Positions 12,630-24,688 of a stretch of 64,000 nt of DNA are shown one piece after another. Origin of the DNA: Squalus acanthias (lineage: Eukaryota). Both the position numbers and the translations under genes were made by a program. Each line of letters starts with the position of its first letter. Position 1 is the first letter of the stretch. The notes beneath the pieces were generated by a model. The model saw only the letters and a list, made by a program, of their open reading frames with translations. It did no database searches and was not told the origin of the DNA. The stretch spans positions 35,340,001 through 35,404,000 of the forward strand of contig CM059444.1 in NCBI GenBank assembly GCA_030390025.1, given 5' to 3'.

Positions 12630-12899
12630 TATCTCCAAGCACACTGGATTTCCACTTTTCCTTGCATTTGTGTAAGCCTTTTCTTTTAACTTGATACTGT
12701 TCTCTTTCCACTATTGTAATTGTGGCGGAGTGGGAATCCCAATGCACCCAAGGCCTCTCTGTTCATGCCCTGCTGAACCATTGGAGGCCAGCTGCTGTAC
12801 GTCCAGAGTTGGCAACCCTAGTTTGATGTGTCTCTTTCCTCATTCTAATTCTTTAGTTACGGTGATAGTTTACACCAGGGCCGCTCTTTGTCTCTGACC

Positions 12900-13200
12900 A
12901 GGGAGCCAGATACGCGTGGCGGCAGGACTAATACTAGTGTATGGGTTTTAACGTTGAATTTAAGCAGCTCACTCTATCCACCGCGGGGACACGCTCCTTC
13001 CGGGGCCTGGCGGGCGGGGGCGGGGCCTGGCCGCGATCTGCGTTCCCTCCAATGACGACGGAGCAAGTACCGCCTCTGTAACGCGCACCACTATTGGCTA
13101 GAAATTAAGAAGGACGGGTCACAAGTTAGTGTCGCACCCGTCGATTGGCTACGATTCGGCGTCCGTTGGTCTCCTTGAAGGGCATTAAGAAAATGGCGGC
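12900..13200 (+). promoter_or_regulatory. PDHB CpG-island promoter
   Basis: GC boxes at about 13011-13026, two inverted CCAAT boxes (ATTGG at 13094 and 13144), YY1-type AAAATGGCGGC overlapping the ATG. Confidence 0.75.
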
Positions 13201-13228
13201 GCTGAGGAGTTTGGTTCGCGTTGGGAAG
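13193..13228 (+). CDS. PDHB: PDHB exon 1 (mitochondrial transit peptide)
   Basis: ATG, MAALRSLVRVGK, GT donor at 13229. Confidence 0.85.
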
Positions 13229-13323
13229 GTGCTGTGGAAATCCTCCTTATCGGGGGATATCTTATCAATTAATGACAAGGGTCATGTCGGTGCAGTAACA
13301 CTGAGTTGTCTTTATTTACACAG

Positions 13324-13383
13324 AGTTCCTTCGGCCTGCTGTCACGGAGGGAGTTTCATGGGACGGCGCCGGCTGCCGTACAG
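13324..13383 (+). CDS. PDHB: PDHB exon 2
   Basis: CAG acceptor, SSFGLLSRREFHGTAPAAVQ, GT donor. Confidence 0.88.
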
Positions 13384-15366
13384 GTACAATAGGGTCACCT
13401 TCGGTCGGTGGTTTATCGTCAGTGAGTGAGATGAACTCCTCGTTTCACGGGCGCCGGTGTTCTCCTGCTCTTTAGTAAAGAATTGCAGGACTTTTCCATT
13501 CACACAGTTATAGCCGCTGTCGTAAATCGCTGCATTTCCGAATCCTGCCCCACCCCCGGAAAAATTGCAATTAAATCGGACATTTGCTGTAAATTTGTGG
13601 TTGTGGCTGTTCTTGTACTTTTACTCGATGTGACCCAATTCGGGGCCGAGTCAAGAGTGTCATATAACCCGGGAATCCAGTACGAGAATCCTCTGGTAGG
13701 TAGGCAGGCTGGTGCTGCTGCTTTAGCTCTGCACCGAGTGTTAAGTGCAATCTCGGTCTCTACAAAAGTCACATCTGAGACGGGCATCTGTGGGATAATT
13801 ACAAACATTGCCCAGGACATTGTTTTGACCAGTAGTCTGAGAATGTTTTTTTGTGGGTGGGGAGTACTCGTACGGACTCCCGTTTGAGGGTAATATAAAA
13901 ATTAGTTCCCTTTCTAGTAACTGTTTGTTTGAAATCTTGCATGTAAATACATGTTTGAAGTAAATTTGTGTTAACTGTGTGGTACAGCTCCTACACAGAC
14001 ACAGTCGCTGCTACATTGACCTAGGCGGCAATTAAAGAGACCATGACAGGTCCTGCACAGGCCTAGACAGCTCCTACACAGACCGAGGGAGCAATGAAGA
14101 ACCAATCTTGGGCTAGTTCATGTTGAAAACTGCAGGTTATTGAGATTATCTTGGATTGTTTAGGAATTATTTCCTGGGAAGGTTGCCACCTTAGTGTGTT
14201 TTTAAAAAAATCTTGCCATTTTAGATTTTGTGAAGCTTTGTGTACATCAGAGCCCCTAGTTTTTTTTACTTTGAAATTGATATTTAGCAGCTCTGCTTTG
14301 GTATAGATTGAATCATGACAATTACAGAATAGAAGTAGGCCAAATGGCCCATTGTATCTGCCATTTCCATTTTCCTGCCTGCTTCCTGTATGATTTTATA
14401 TTCATTTTAAAATAATTATTCAATTCTGCTTTTAAATGGTGTTATTGGATGTTAACCACTAGTGTCTAAATATATTTCAAAATCTTTAAGTAGGAATCTG
14501 CATTGATCATTGCCTACTTTGGATGAATGTTGCTGTAGAGCTGTCTGTATGTTGAGCAGGTGCATATCCAAGAAGCAAGTTTGATAAAATGTATACTGAT
14601 TTTACTAATTAAAATGCAATGTCCTGAAATTTCACTGAACAAAATTAACAAGAGTCCTGACTTTAGACTATTTCTAAAATATGGAAAAAAAACTTAACAA
14701 ATGACTTGACTTGTAATATTGTAAAATTTAAATGTAAGCTTTGATGAAATGGAACCTTTTAATCACTTTTGTACCTCTTAAAATATTTTACTACTGATTG
14801 GATGACTGGTTTTTATGGTGAAACATGTTTTTTTTTTTTAATCCTGCCCATTTGTGTTTTGTTAACCAAATTCTAAATGTCCATCACCCTTCTCCCTGTG
14901 TCATTTCCAGCTTGGAGAGATGACCTATATTTGTCCAGTGACTTTAAGCTGCATTTCAGCCTGAGAAGTTTCACAAAACTGTCCACGGGTGACTTGCTGT
15001 TCAATTTTACTTCTCTCCTTGTGAGAGAACCTGACTCTTTATATACTCTTCAGAAAGCACATCATCTAATAAAGTTTGGAAATGAATTGGGAAGGTGGGG
15101 GGTGGGGAGAGAGACTTAAAAAGGGTAACTGACTCAAAAGCAAAATGAGCACTTTCAAGATAAGTATCTGGTGCAAAATTTGGTCAGGTATGAGGGATAT
15201 ATTTCCTGGACCAGGCAGATGAATTGCAGTTGTCTTTTCCAGTCCTATGTTTCTACAATTTTTAGACTCTTTTTAGGCTAGGTATTCTGCCCATTGATGA
15301 TAAGCGGGTTAAAAATCTAGCCTCTTGTATAACAAGGTACAGTGATTGCTTTACATACTGTTCTAG

Positions 15367-15474
15367 TTGACCATTCGAGATGCCCTGACCCAGGCCATGG
15401 ATGAGGAGATTGAGAGAGATGAAACAGTATTTCTGCTGGGAGAAGAGGTAGCACAGTATGATGGTGCATACAAG
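15367..15474 (+). CDS. PDHB: PDHB exon 3
   Basis: [36 protein letters not shown]; canonical AG/GT. Confidence 0.95.
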
Positions 15475-15557
15475 GTGAGGCGTAGCCGATGAACTACAAT
15501 TCTTCAAAGATTCAGCATTGAAAGTAGCTGTAAACATTCATGGTTGTATTATTGCAG

Positions 15558-15620
15558 GTGAGTCGTGGATTATGGAAGAAATGGGGAGACAAGAGAATCA
15601 TAGACACTCCTATCTCGGAG
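15558..15620 (+). CDS. PDHB: PDHB exon 4
   Basis: [21 protein letters not shown]; canonical AG/GT. Confidence 0.95.
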
Positions 15621-15701
15621 GTATGTTTCATAGGAAACCATTCCATGTCTAATTTGTGTTTAATAACTTCAAATGCTAAAATTATCATACCTTTCTTCCA
15701 G

Positions 15702-15737
15702 ATAGGTTTTGCAGGAATTGCAGTCGGTGCTGCCATG
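15702..15737 (+). CDS. PDHB: PDHB exon 5
   Basis: [12 protein letters not shown]; canonical AG/GT. Confidence 0.94.
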
Positions 15738-16104
15738 GTATGTAACTTCAATTTTTTTTACATAACTTGCGGTGTCAAGTGTATGAAATTAATATATAGA
15801 ACAGTGAATATCCTTGTAAAACAGGATTGTTTGTTTTTCATTAAAATTGCCACTCTTATCCTTGTAACAAGAAAGTTAACAAAACTCCATCATTATGACA
15901 AATTGATATCTCCTCAATAAAATAATTCTGTAGACTTAAAATATATATATAAAATTATCAGGAGTATCAGTACAAGATTAAAAGTTCAAAATATTGTGTA
16001 CTTTATAGATGCCAATGCTAGTGCATGTGAACATGTCTTCTTGCAAATATGCCCTTGGAAAAATAAGGTCAAATTCTTAACATTAACACTCCACTATTTC
16101 TCAG

Positions 16105-16390
16105 GCTGGCTTGAGGCCCATCTGCGAATTCATGACCTTCAATTTCTCACTGCAAGCAATTGACCAAGTTATAAATTCTGCGGCCAAAACATACTACATG
16201 TCTGCAGGTGCAGTATCTGTTCCTATTGTCTTCAGAGGTCCAAATGGTTCTTCAGCTGGAGTGGCAGCTCAGCATTCCCAGTGCTTTGCAGCATGGTATA
16301 GCCACTGTCCTGGGCTAAAGGTAGTTAGTCCTTGGAGTGCTGAAGATGCCAAAGGCTTGTTGAAAGCTTCTATCCGAGATGATAATCCTG
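16105..16390 (+). CDS. PDHB: PDHB exon 6
   Basis: [28 protein letters not shown]...QHSQCFAAW...RDDNP; canonical AG/GT. Confidence 0.97.
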
Positions 16391-17061
16391 GTAAGTTTTT
16401 TTTTAATTTTAAGAAAGTAACAATAGATAGTTCATCATTACATCTGGTCCACTATATACTATTGACATGGATCAAAATACCTAGAAATGTCATTCTGTTG
16501 GTCTCTGAACAAAATATGCTTCTATTGCAGCACTACTTAAAATGATTTTGTTGCCTTTATCTAGTGTTTTTAAGGAAACTAGATGCAAATACTTTGAATG
16601 TTGAAGGAAAAAATAATTATGGGGCAGAGCTTTCAGTGTCTTTTTTAAGCATGTTTCAAAAACTTTGTTACAACTGGCCTAGCCAGATAAGCAGCTCCAG
16701 AGGCCAGCATGATTTGGTATCCTTTACAGTCCTGAATGTTGATTGTTCTAGGTTTGGATATTTTCTGATCAATACTGACTTAGTACACAACAGTACTCAC
16801 TGTGGAACCACTTAATCCATGGAACCCTGCAAATAGTTCATGGATGTGCTTTATTTTTCAGTCAAGAGCCCATTAACTTTGTAACTTTGATCTTTTTTTC
16901 CAAATGTTATTGAATTCCCTGCCCCCCCCCCCCCCTTTGGAATTTGATGGATATGGCTATTATCTGTAATATGTAGCAAATAAGTTTAAGGCACACTACT
17001 TATTTTGTATATGTAAGCAAACACAATACTCAAGATACATTAACCACTTATTATCCTGCAG

Positions 17062-17172
17062 TTGTTTTTCTGGAAAATGAACTGATGTATGGTGTGCCTT
17101 TTGAAGTCGCCGAGGAAGTCCAGTCAAAGGACTTTGTCCTCCCAATAGGAAAAGCCAAAGTAGAAAAAGCAG
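17062..17172 (+). CDS. PDHB: PDHB exon 7
   Basis: [36 protein letters not shown]; phase 1 at both ends. Confidence 0.95.
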
Positions 17173-17481
17173 GTAAGAAATAAAAAAGCTATACAGGAAA
17201 CTTTCGTTTATCTGGCACCCAAATATCCGGAATTCTCGCTTAACCGGCAAAAATCATCCTCCGAAAACTCCTCTCAAATAACCGGCAATGTTGCCGAGTC
17301 TCCGCGAACGCCGAGTGCTCCGAAAACTCCTCTCAAATAACCGGCAATGTTGCCGATCCCGAGTCCGAGTCCGTGAACGCCGATTTAGTCAGTAGGGGTA
17401 CTTTTCAAAAGTGCCACTACTCTGCCTCCTGGCGCTGTCGCAAGTCCGAAACATTGCAGTAGCATGAGTAGATTCTCCCGC

Positions 17482-17780
17482 GCTGCCTGGAGTCTCTTCT
17501 GATCGGCCATTTTGCTGGGTGTCTCCCACGATGCTGGTAGTCTCTTCTGATCCACCATTTTGCTGTGTGTCTCCCACGCTGCTGGTACTGTAGTCTCTTC
17601 TGATACACCATTTTACTGTGTGTCTGCCACGCTGCTGGTACTGTAGTCTCTTCTGATACACCATTTTGCTGTGTGTCTGCCACGCTGCTGGTACTGTAGT
17701 CTCTTCTGATACACCATTTTGCTGTGTGTCTGCCATGCTGCTGGTAGTCTCTTCCTAGCCACCATTGTTCTGTGTGTCTT
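17482..17780. repeat. Tandem minisatellite, 47-53 bp unit, about 6 copies, inside the Tigger element
   Basis: Unit GCTGCTGGTACTGTAGTCTCTTCTGATACACCATTTTGCTGTGTGTCTGCCAC starting at 17578, 17631 and 17684, with shorter flanking variants. Confidence 0.9.
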
Positions 17781-17818
17781 TCCATCTTCATCGGCAATTA
17801 TCTCCTCCATCTTGCATT

Positions 17819-19589
17819 ATGGAATTCCCAAAAGCTGGTCCAAGCAAAAGGAAGAGAGTGGTCTTAACTTTAAAACAGAAAATCGAGATATGCCAACGAC
17901 TAGAAAGGGGAGAGAAGCGTATCAACATTATGAATGAATTCAAAATCGGTTCGTCAACAATCTACGACATCAAATCGCAGAAGGATAAGCTGCTCAAGTT
18001 TTATTCAAGCTCGGAGACATGCAAGAGTGTAGAGAAACGGCGTACGCTTCGTAAGCCTAAGCTTGAAGAGCTGGATACCGTGCTTTATGAATGGTTTTCT
18101 CTTAAGCGTTCAGAGGGTGTTCCAATTTCCGGACCCATGCTAATCGAGAAAGCAAAGGATTTCTACAAAAGGATGGAGCTCACTGACCAGTGTGCTTTCT
18201 CCGATGGATGGCTAACGTGCTTCAAGTTACGGCACGGGATACGACGACTCGATATTTCTGGGGAGAAGAAATCAGCTGATCACGAAGCCGCAGAAGAATA
18301 CTGCGATTATTTCAATCGGATTGTGCAGCAACATGATTTGTCGCCAGCACAGATCTACAATGCCGATGAAACTGGCTTGTTTGAGGTTTTTGCCAGAATC
18401 AACGCTTGCTGGGGCTAGTGAGGCTAATGCTTCAGGTTACAAGAAAAATAAAGATCGTGTAACCGTGCTAACATGTGCGAACGCCGCTGGATCACACCGG
18501 GTTAAACTTCTTGTTATCGGGAAGTATAAAAATCCCCGTGCATTTAAAAATGTGAGGCACTTACCTGTTGAGTACAAAGCTCAAAAAAATGCTTGAATGG
18601 ATAAGGAAATCTTCTCCGATTGGTTCCATCATATTTTTGTTCCATCTGTGAAGGAACATTTCCGCAGAATAGGGAAACCTGAAGATAGCAAATGCATTTT
18701 ATTGCTTGATAATTGCAGAGCCCATCCGCATGAATCCCAGTTGGTTTCGGGAAATATTTTCACCATTTATTTGCCACCAAATGTAACTTCTCTCATCCAA
18801 CCCATGGACCAGGGCGTTATCCAAAATCTGAAGTGTCATTACAAGAAAGACTTCCTACGTAAACTGCTAAGCCAAGATGAGAATATTCAAGATTTGCAGA
18901 AGGAATACAATATTAAAGATGCCATCTATAATGTTGCATGTTCCTGGAAATTGGTGAAAGGTCACACTCTGAGGCAAGCCTGGTGCAAATTGTGGCCTTC
19001 TGTAATGTTTGCTGAAGGTTCTTCTTCAGAGGAGGAATTTCATGGGTTCAGTGTTCGTCCCAAGAAGAGTACAATAATGGAAATGGCTGGAATGGTGAAA
19101 AATGCAGGCCCAGCAAACCCTCTACGTCACCTCAGTGAAAGTGATATCGAGCAGTGGGTTGATGCAGATAGAGAAGTTGGTGTTGTGCATATGCTAAGTG
19201 ATGATGAAATAATTCAGAATGTTTTGAATCCAAAGAAAGAAAAGGAAAGCGAGATGGAAAGTGAAGAGGATGAGATTTCTGAAGAAGAGAAGATTTCTTG
19301 GGCTAAAGCTGCAGAAGGATTTTCTACAATCCTCAAATTTGCTGAAAGGCAGAATTGCTACTCTGCACAAGAAGTTATGCAACTCCATATTCTGCATTCC
19401 ACCTTTCTACAGAAAAGGCAAGAGTCCACTAAGCAAACCGACATCCGCAACATGTTTAAGAAAGCTTCCAAAAGAGTCGCAGCAGCGGAAGTGCCTGAAG
19501 AATCTGTGGCATCGGTGGAACTGCATGATCCTGATGACCCAGCTGGCACGGATACGGATATTTCTGATGAACCAGATGACTCGGAATAA
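17819..19589 (+). pseudogene. Tigger/pogo transposase (CENP-B-type HTH + DDD domain) with two lesions
   Basis: [46 protein letters not shown]; frameshift at about 18383 and TGA at 18594-18596. Confidence 0.92.
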
Positions 19590-20329
19590 GTGTACAGTCA
19601 ACTACAGTACTGTAGACAGTCGTTTATAAGTTTTGTTTTACTGTTAAGTAATTAAAGAGTTATGGATTACCCTCAACTGGCAGTACTGTACTTAATCAAG
19701 CATCTTCCACTATCCATTTAACACAACATTCTGTAGGTGAGTACCCAAATACTGTATACTGCACATTTCTTGATTTTTTTTATGTTAAAAATAGCCTTGG
19801 TAGATATAACTCTCCGTTATCCGGTACTTTCGATAAACCGGCACCACGCCGGTCCCGTCGATGCCGGATAAACGAAAGTTTCCTGTACTTTGAATTTTAA
19901 CAATGTAAATTTTTTTTATTTGCATTTTAAATCAGTTCTATAACTTCTTATTCTAATAGTGAATGCTTCCCCTCTCAGCAAAATAGGAATATGTCTTTTC
20001 CTTCAGCCATCATGTATCTGCACTCTGGAACTTCTAACTGTTTCTGGCTTAATACATTTCTCCCCACCTTCAAAGCTTTCAAAAGGAATCTAGGTGTATA
20101 CATGAGAGAAAAGGGAATAGAAAGATATGCTGAAAGGCTGAGATGAGATAGATGGAATGGGAGGAGACTTGTGTTGGAGTATTAACACCAGCACAGTCCA
20201 GTTGGGTGTGATGTATATTCTATGTAGGAATGGAAGACTCAACGAGCAGTTTGTCTCTTTTTATTTCTATACCCTTCCTCCGTTCCGCTCACTTCAGGTG
20301 TTAAGATACACTTCTGTGAGTGCTGGTTG

Positions 20330-20475
20330 CAGTGTTCCCTCTTTTTTTTGTGGGGGGGGGGGGGGGGGCTGCGCAGCCCATTCAAAATTACGCACATGCG
20401 TGGCTTTTCCATTTAAAAGCCGGTGAGCTGGCTGTGTGGGACCTCCAGAGTGCTGCGCAGCTTAAGGGAACATTG
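20330..20475. mobile_element. hAT-type MITE
   Basis: 11-bp TIRs CAGTGTTCCCT / AGGGAACATTG; 8-bp flanks GCTGGTTG and GCTGGCTG (one mismatch). Confidence 0.7.
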
Positions 20476-20800
20476 GCTGGCTGCCTTCCAGTGCCAAGCC
20501 AAGTGGCCATTCTTTGTGTGAGCCTAGGTGTTGTCAGGCTTTCTGGCTGGGGTATCACAGCTGAGCCTGATGTCCTCGCATGAATTTACACATTTTACTT
20601 TCCAGCAGTGGTCATTGGATAGTAATTAGAAGCCGTTTTCATTTTCTTTCCCTCTTCTTCCTTGCTAGCCTAGGGATGTTGAGATCAATTGTAGCACTTT
20701 TACTGCCACCCAGGTTGAGATAAACTAACTCGATCAGAAATCAAATTTGGGACCTCTTTGTCTGCATAGCTTGGTTATATGGTGCATTTACCAAATGAGT
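20476..20800 (-). mobile_element. Degraded tRNA-derived SINE-like repeat
   Basis: Similar to copies near 29760, 32935, 54120 and 57530; head on the minus strand. Confidence 0.5.
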
Positions 20801-21688
20801 CATTTAAGATCTGCAGAATTCTGTAGTTTTGAGGTCCTGTAGTACATGATTTCAGCATGGTGAAGTTCTAGGATGGAGTATTGGGAAAACAAGTGAAGAA
20901 AGTTCAAAAGAACAACAGTCATAGTTATAAAATAACATAGTATCTGAGCTGGAGTATGCCAGATGCCTGCCATCTTAGTGCAAGTACAACAGGTGATGAA
21001 GTTTGTGTGACTGATTTTCTGTCGGCAGTCACATCCAGTATTTAAAACAAATACGAATGGAAGCCCCGACAGATTTATTTTGAAACGGTAGCGGAGAATG
21101 CAGGTGATGCCTAAATATGGATTTCCTGGTACCCCAGTGATCTCACCTAAGTAGAAGATCAGGATGCTGATATTTTGTTACATCCCTCTTTAGTGGCTTG
21201 CTATTATGAGTTAAATTTTGTTAGAGAATTTGTTATATTCCTTTATCACTGTAGTTTTAGCATGTTGGAAAAGAGATTGGTACAATGGAGATGCACATTA
21301 TCAAAATGTGTAATAATTTTCAGGGGATATTCATTAACATCAACTTCACCAATGGTAGATCTAACTTAAAAAAAAATTACACCTTGATTTGAGCACTGTT
21401 TCCAAGTAGTGACTATAAGCAGAAGACAAAACAGCTCATATGCACGATTCCCAATTGGCAATTTGAGAAAATCGCCTGTGGTCTCGATTGATAAATACCT
21501 CTCTTTTAGGGGGGGTAAGAGAGAGAGGAAAAAAGACTCATCTCGCCAAGGACATGCATTTAGAATGATGACTCCATTTTGAAGCTAGCATCAGAACATG
21601 CGCAGTGGTTCATGTGGTCTCCTATGCTGTAATTCTATATGAATTTAACTAACGCAATTGACGTGGGATACTAAAGTTAGTTTAAACA

Positions 21689-21917
21689 GTCATTTAATCT
21701 TTCCTGCCTTCCACCCTACCACAGACCTTCATTTTTGTTCTCCTCCCCCCCCCCTCCCCCTCCCTTTTTCCCTGCCTCTGTGCTTGCTTAAAATCTTCTG
21801 TTACATCTCTCAACTTTAACAGTTCTGACGAAAGATCATTGACCTGAAACGTTATGTTTCTAACTCCACAGATGCTGCCTGACCTGCTTAGTATTTCTAG
21901 CATTTTCTGTTTTTATT
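21689..21917 (+). mobile_element. Penelope-like terminal-repeat fragment with hammerhead core
   Basis: CTGACGA-AAGATCATTGACCT-GAAACGTT at 21825-21853; flanked by TTAGTTT(A/G)AACA at 21677-21688 and 21918-21929. Confidence 0.7.
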
Positions 21918-22198
21918 TTAGTTTGAACACACTTGTACATTAGTTATTTTTGATGAAACTGAGAAGCTTGTTTGTATTGTCCCTTCATGAGATTAATATG
22001 ATTAGCTGACTACAGAATCCATTAGATAAATCTGTGCATCAAGCTGCTTGCAGTGTCTACTAAGCATATTTGTTTTTGTAATTTTGGTTTCAAAGACTTC
22101 CTCTTTCTCTCTTTTCTATTTGACTTGTATCCTATTTATTGCACCTGAATTTGAAACTTTTTTTTGTACAATAATCAAAGTTGACTTTGCTTTTGTAG

Positions 22199-22290
22199 GA
22201 ACTAATATCACCTTGGTTGCACACTCCAAAAGCGTGGGGCATTGCATGGATGCAGCTGTTGCTCTTGCAAAGGAAGGCATTGATTGTGAG
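22199..22290 (+). CDS. PDHB: PDHB exon 8
   Basis: [30 protein letters not shown]; canonical AG/GT. Confidence 0.95.
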
Positions 22291-22699
22291 GTAGGTGACT
22301 AATATACAACAGCTGAAATGGGAAAGGAAATATTTAAACCAAGTAGAGAATGTCAATGCAAATTATTAAGATGTTGATGAGTAATCGTTCAATCTCTTCA
22401 ATACAGTTAACATATCATTTATGCCAAGGTTGGTCTATATACAGCTTTTTAAATTCCTCCCCTCAACCAATTCTTACACACTCCTTATTGTGAGACAATA
22501 CCTCAGATTTTTTGCTGACTTACCTTGTATCTTCTATTGAGCTACACATCAGCCCCTAAACTCTGGTCACAGTTGTGGAGGGACAACAGTAAAAAAGAAT
22601 ATCTTTTTTAAAGTGCTTCATCAAATGATCTGAATTGAATACTGCTAACTTTTTTTGTTGTTCTGTAGATCAGATGGTGAACTGACTTTGGGAGTCATT

Positions 22700-23485
22700 G
22701 GGCTGGATTTTGATACTGGGGTTGGGTTGGTGTCGTGAATCCCACTTTTGGGCTGTAGACCCGCCTCCATCGACTTGTGGCCAACCCACTGTATTTTCCC
22801 TTGATTGACCTTGTTGAGCCCGCCCAGTGGGCTCAGCAGGCCAATTAAGGGCCACCTGGCAACAGGTGATGTCACAGATTGACATTTCATCTGTCAAGAG
22901 CTTTTGACAGATGAAATATCAGCGTTTGACAGCTCTGTGAAGCTGTCAAACACTGACTATGATTTCTAACTTCAGTCCTTCCTCTCAGGCCGAGTTAGAA
23001 ATCATTCCAAAACAGAAGGCTGCAGTTTTTGACAGCACCCCGGCATCTCTGCTTTCTGTGCCGGTGAGATTTCTGACTCCCGAGAACTGAAGGGCTGACA
23101 CCGGCAGGAGGAAGTTAAGGTAAGTAAAACTTTTTCCCACACTTTGCACTTACCTTACACACTTACCTCTGCACACACTCACCTGCCCACCGGACATATC
23201 GACCCCTCCAACCCCTGCAGACCCACGGTCCGCCCCGATAAACTGGCGTGGTTGGCACCTGTCGGGAAGCCCACTTCAGCGATTAAAATAGGGATTAGGC
23301 AAAAAACTGCCTGTTAACAGGCAGTTAATTGTCACTAATCCCGTCCCACCTCAGGGAGTCGGGTCCCAGCACAGGTTGGGTACCCGCCGCCAGCGAAACT
23401 GGCATGCGGCGGGACCCCCGAATCTGCAACTTTAACCCCCCACACGCCTCAAACCCGACTCCACTGGTCAGTGAAAATCCAGCCC
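22700..23485. mobile_element. PIF/Harbinger-type non-autonomous element (MITE)
   Basis: TIRs GGGCTGGATTTT / AAAATCCAGCCC with 3-bp ATT on both flanks; subterminal similarity to the element at 57861. Confidence 0.78.
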
Positions 23486-24179
23486 ATTGTGTCTGGCAGT
23501 GTGAAGAGTTGAGATAGCACAGTTGCTGGAGTATCCTAATTTTAATGATTATTGATCAGCTCCCTCACTGTTGACTTTAGTGTCACCAGTATTTAATCAC
23601 CTTAATTTGATTTACTGAATATTTGTACGCCTCACTTTTTTAAAGGGAAGGAATACTGATTGTTCAGAAGAGGTTTCACCATCATAGTGAGGAAACTTGA
23701 ACAAAAGTGCTGCCATGTAATTAAAAATAAACCCAGAACATTTCACAAGAAGTGACCTGAGCAAATTAACTAAACAGGAGCTGGCATATTTTCTCTAGAA
23801 ATTGCTGATTTAAAGCTGTTTGACTGGTGTTCTCGCCTAATAATACAGAAAATGGATTCCACGGTTTTGTTTTAAACAGTTTTGAGACTTGATTACTAGC
23901 AAGAATTCATCAGGTCAGCTACATGACTGGCAGTAGTAGTTCCATTTACCCAAACTGCTGCTTAAGTCTTTGAGAGAATCTTATTTTGGTACATTTCATT
24001 TCCTCCTCGAGAAGCTTGCGGCACCTTGCCATGGCCTTTTATGTTAAACTGAATTGCCATAATCCCAATTTATAAAATTCAATCTCACTTATCACATGCA
24101 ATCCTTTTTACCCAAGGATGGTAGTATGTTACATGGTGCAATGATTACTTGTTGCATTCCAACAAGTGCATTAGTGTAG

Positions 24180-24389
<210 letters not shown>

Positions 24390-24542
24390 TAATTTACTAA
24401 TTCCATCTACATTATTTTATTGCAGACTGTTAAATTAAAGTTTAAATGTTTTAATCTGTTAGACAATTTACACATTAAAATTTTGAATTATAAGGTATAA
24501 AATACTTATTTGTAGCCTTGAATTTATAATATTTCTTTATAG

Positions 24543-24688
24543 GCCCAGCATTTAACTACCTGGATGCCCCAGTTGTGCGTGTCACTGGTGCAGATATTCC
24601 TATGCCTTATGCAAAGATCTTGGAAGACAACTGCATACCTCAGGTTAAAGATATCATTTTTACAGTCAAGAAGATACTCCATGTGTAA
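24543..24688 (+). CDS. PDHB: PDHB exon 10 (terminal coding part); pyruvate dehydrogenase E1 beta
   Basis: [47 protein letters not shown]; the ten exons sum to 1080 nt = 359 aa + stop. Confidence 0.96.

Larger units (their letters stand above)
17194..19885 (+). mobile_element. Tigger/pogo-family DNA transposon, full length (2692 bp)
   Basis: 24-bp TIRs CAGGAAACTTTCGTTTATC(T/C)GGCA at 17194-17217 and 19862-19885; TA on both flanks; internal transposase. Confidence 0.95.

Noticed and set aside
13984-14083. Short repeated motif ACAGCTCCTACACAGAC in PDHB intron 2
   Set aside because: Two exact copies and one variant only; consistent with local slippage and no sign of function
17482-17780. CRISPR-like array
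   Set aside because: Units are contiguous tandem repeats without unique spacers, in a eukaryotic transposon with no cas genes
17389-17810. Repetitive minus-strand ORFs (ADTQQNGVSEETT...)
   Set aside because: They are translations of the 53-bp minisatellite in all frames, not a gene
18594-18596. Programmed readthrough or selenocysteine TGA in the transposase
   Set aside because: Most simply a TGG-to-TGA substitution; no SECIS-like element noticed, and there is an independent frameshift
17819-19589. Domesticated TIGD/Jerky-like host gene
   Set aside because: Intact TIRs and TA TSD plus a frameshift and a stop indicate a transposon copy
20990-21180. Possible intronic C/D box snoRNA (TGATGA...CTGA)
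   Set aside because: No convincing terminal stem, box spacing or recognisable antisense element
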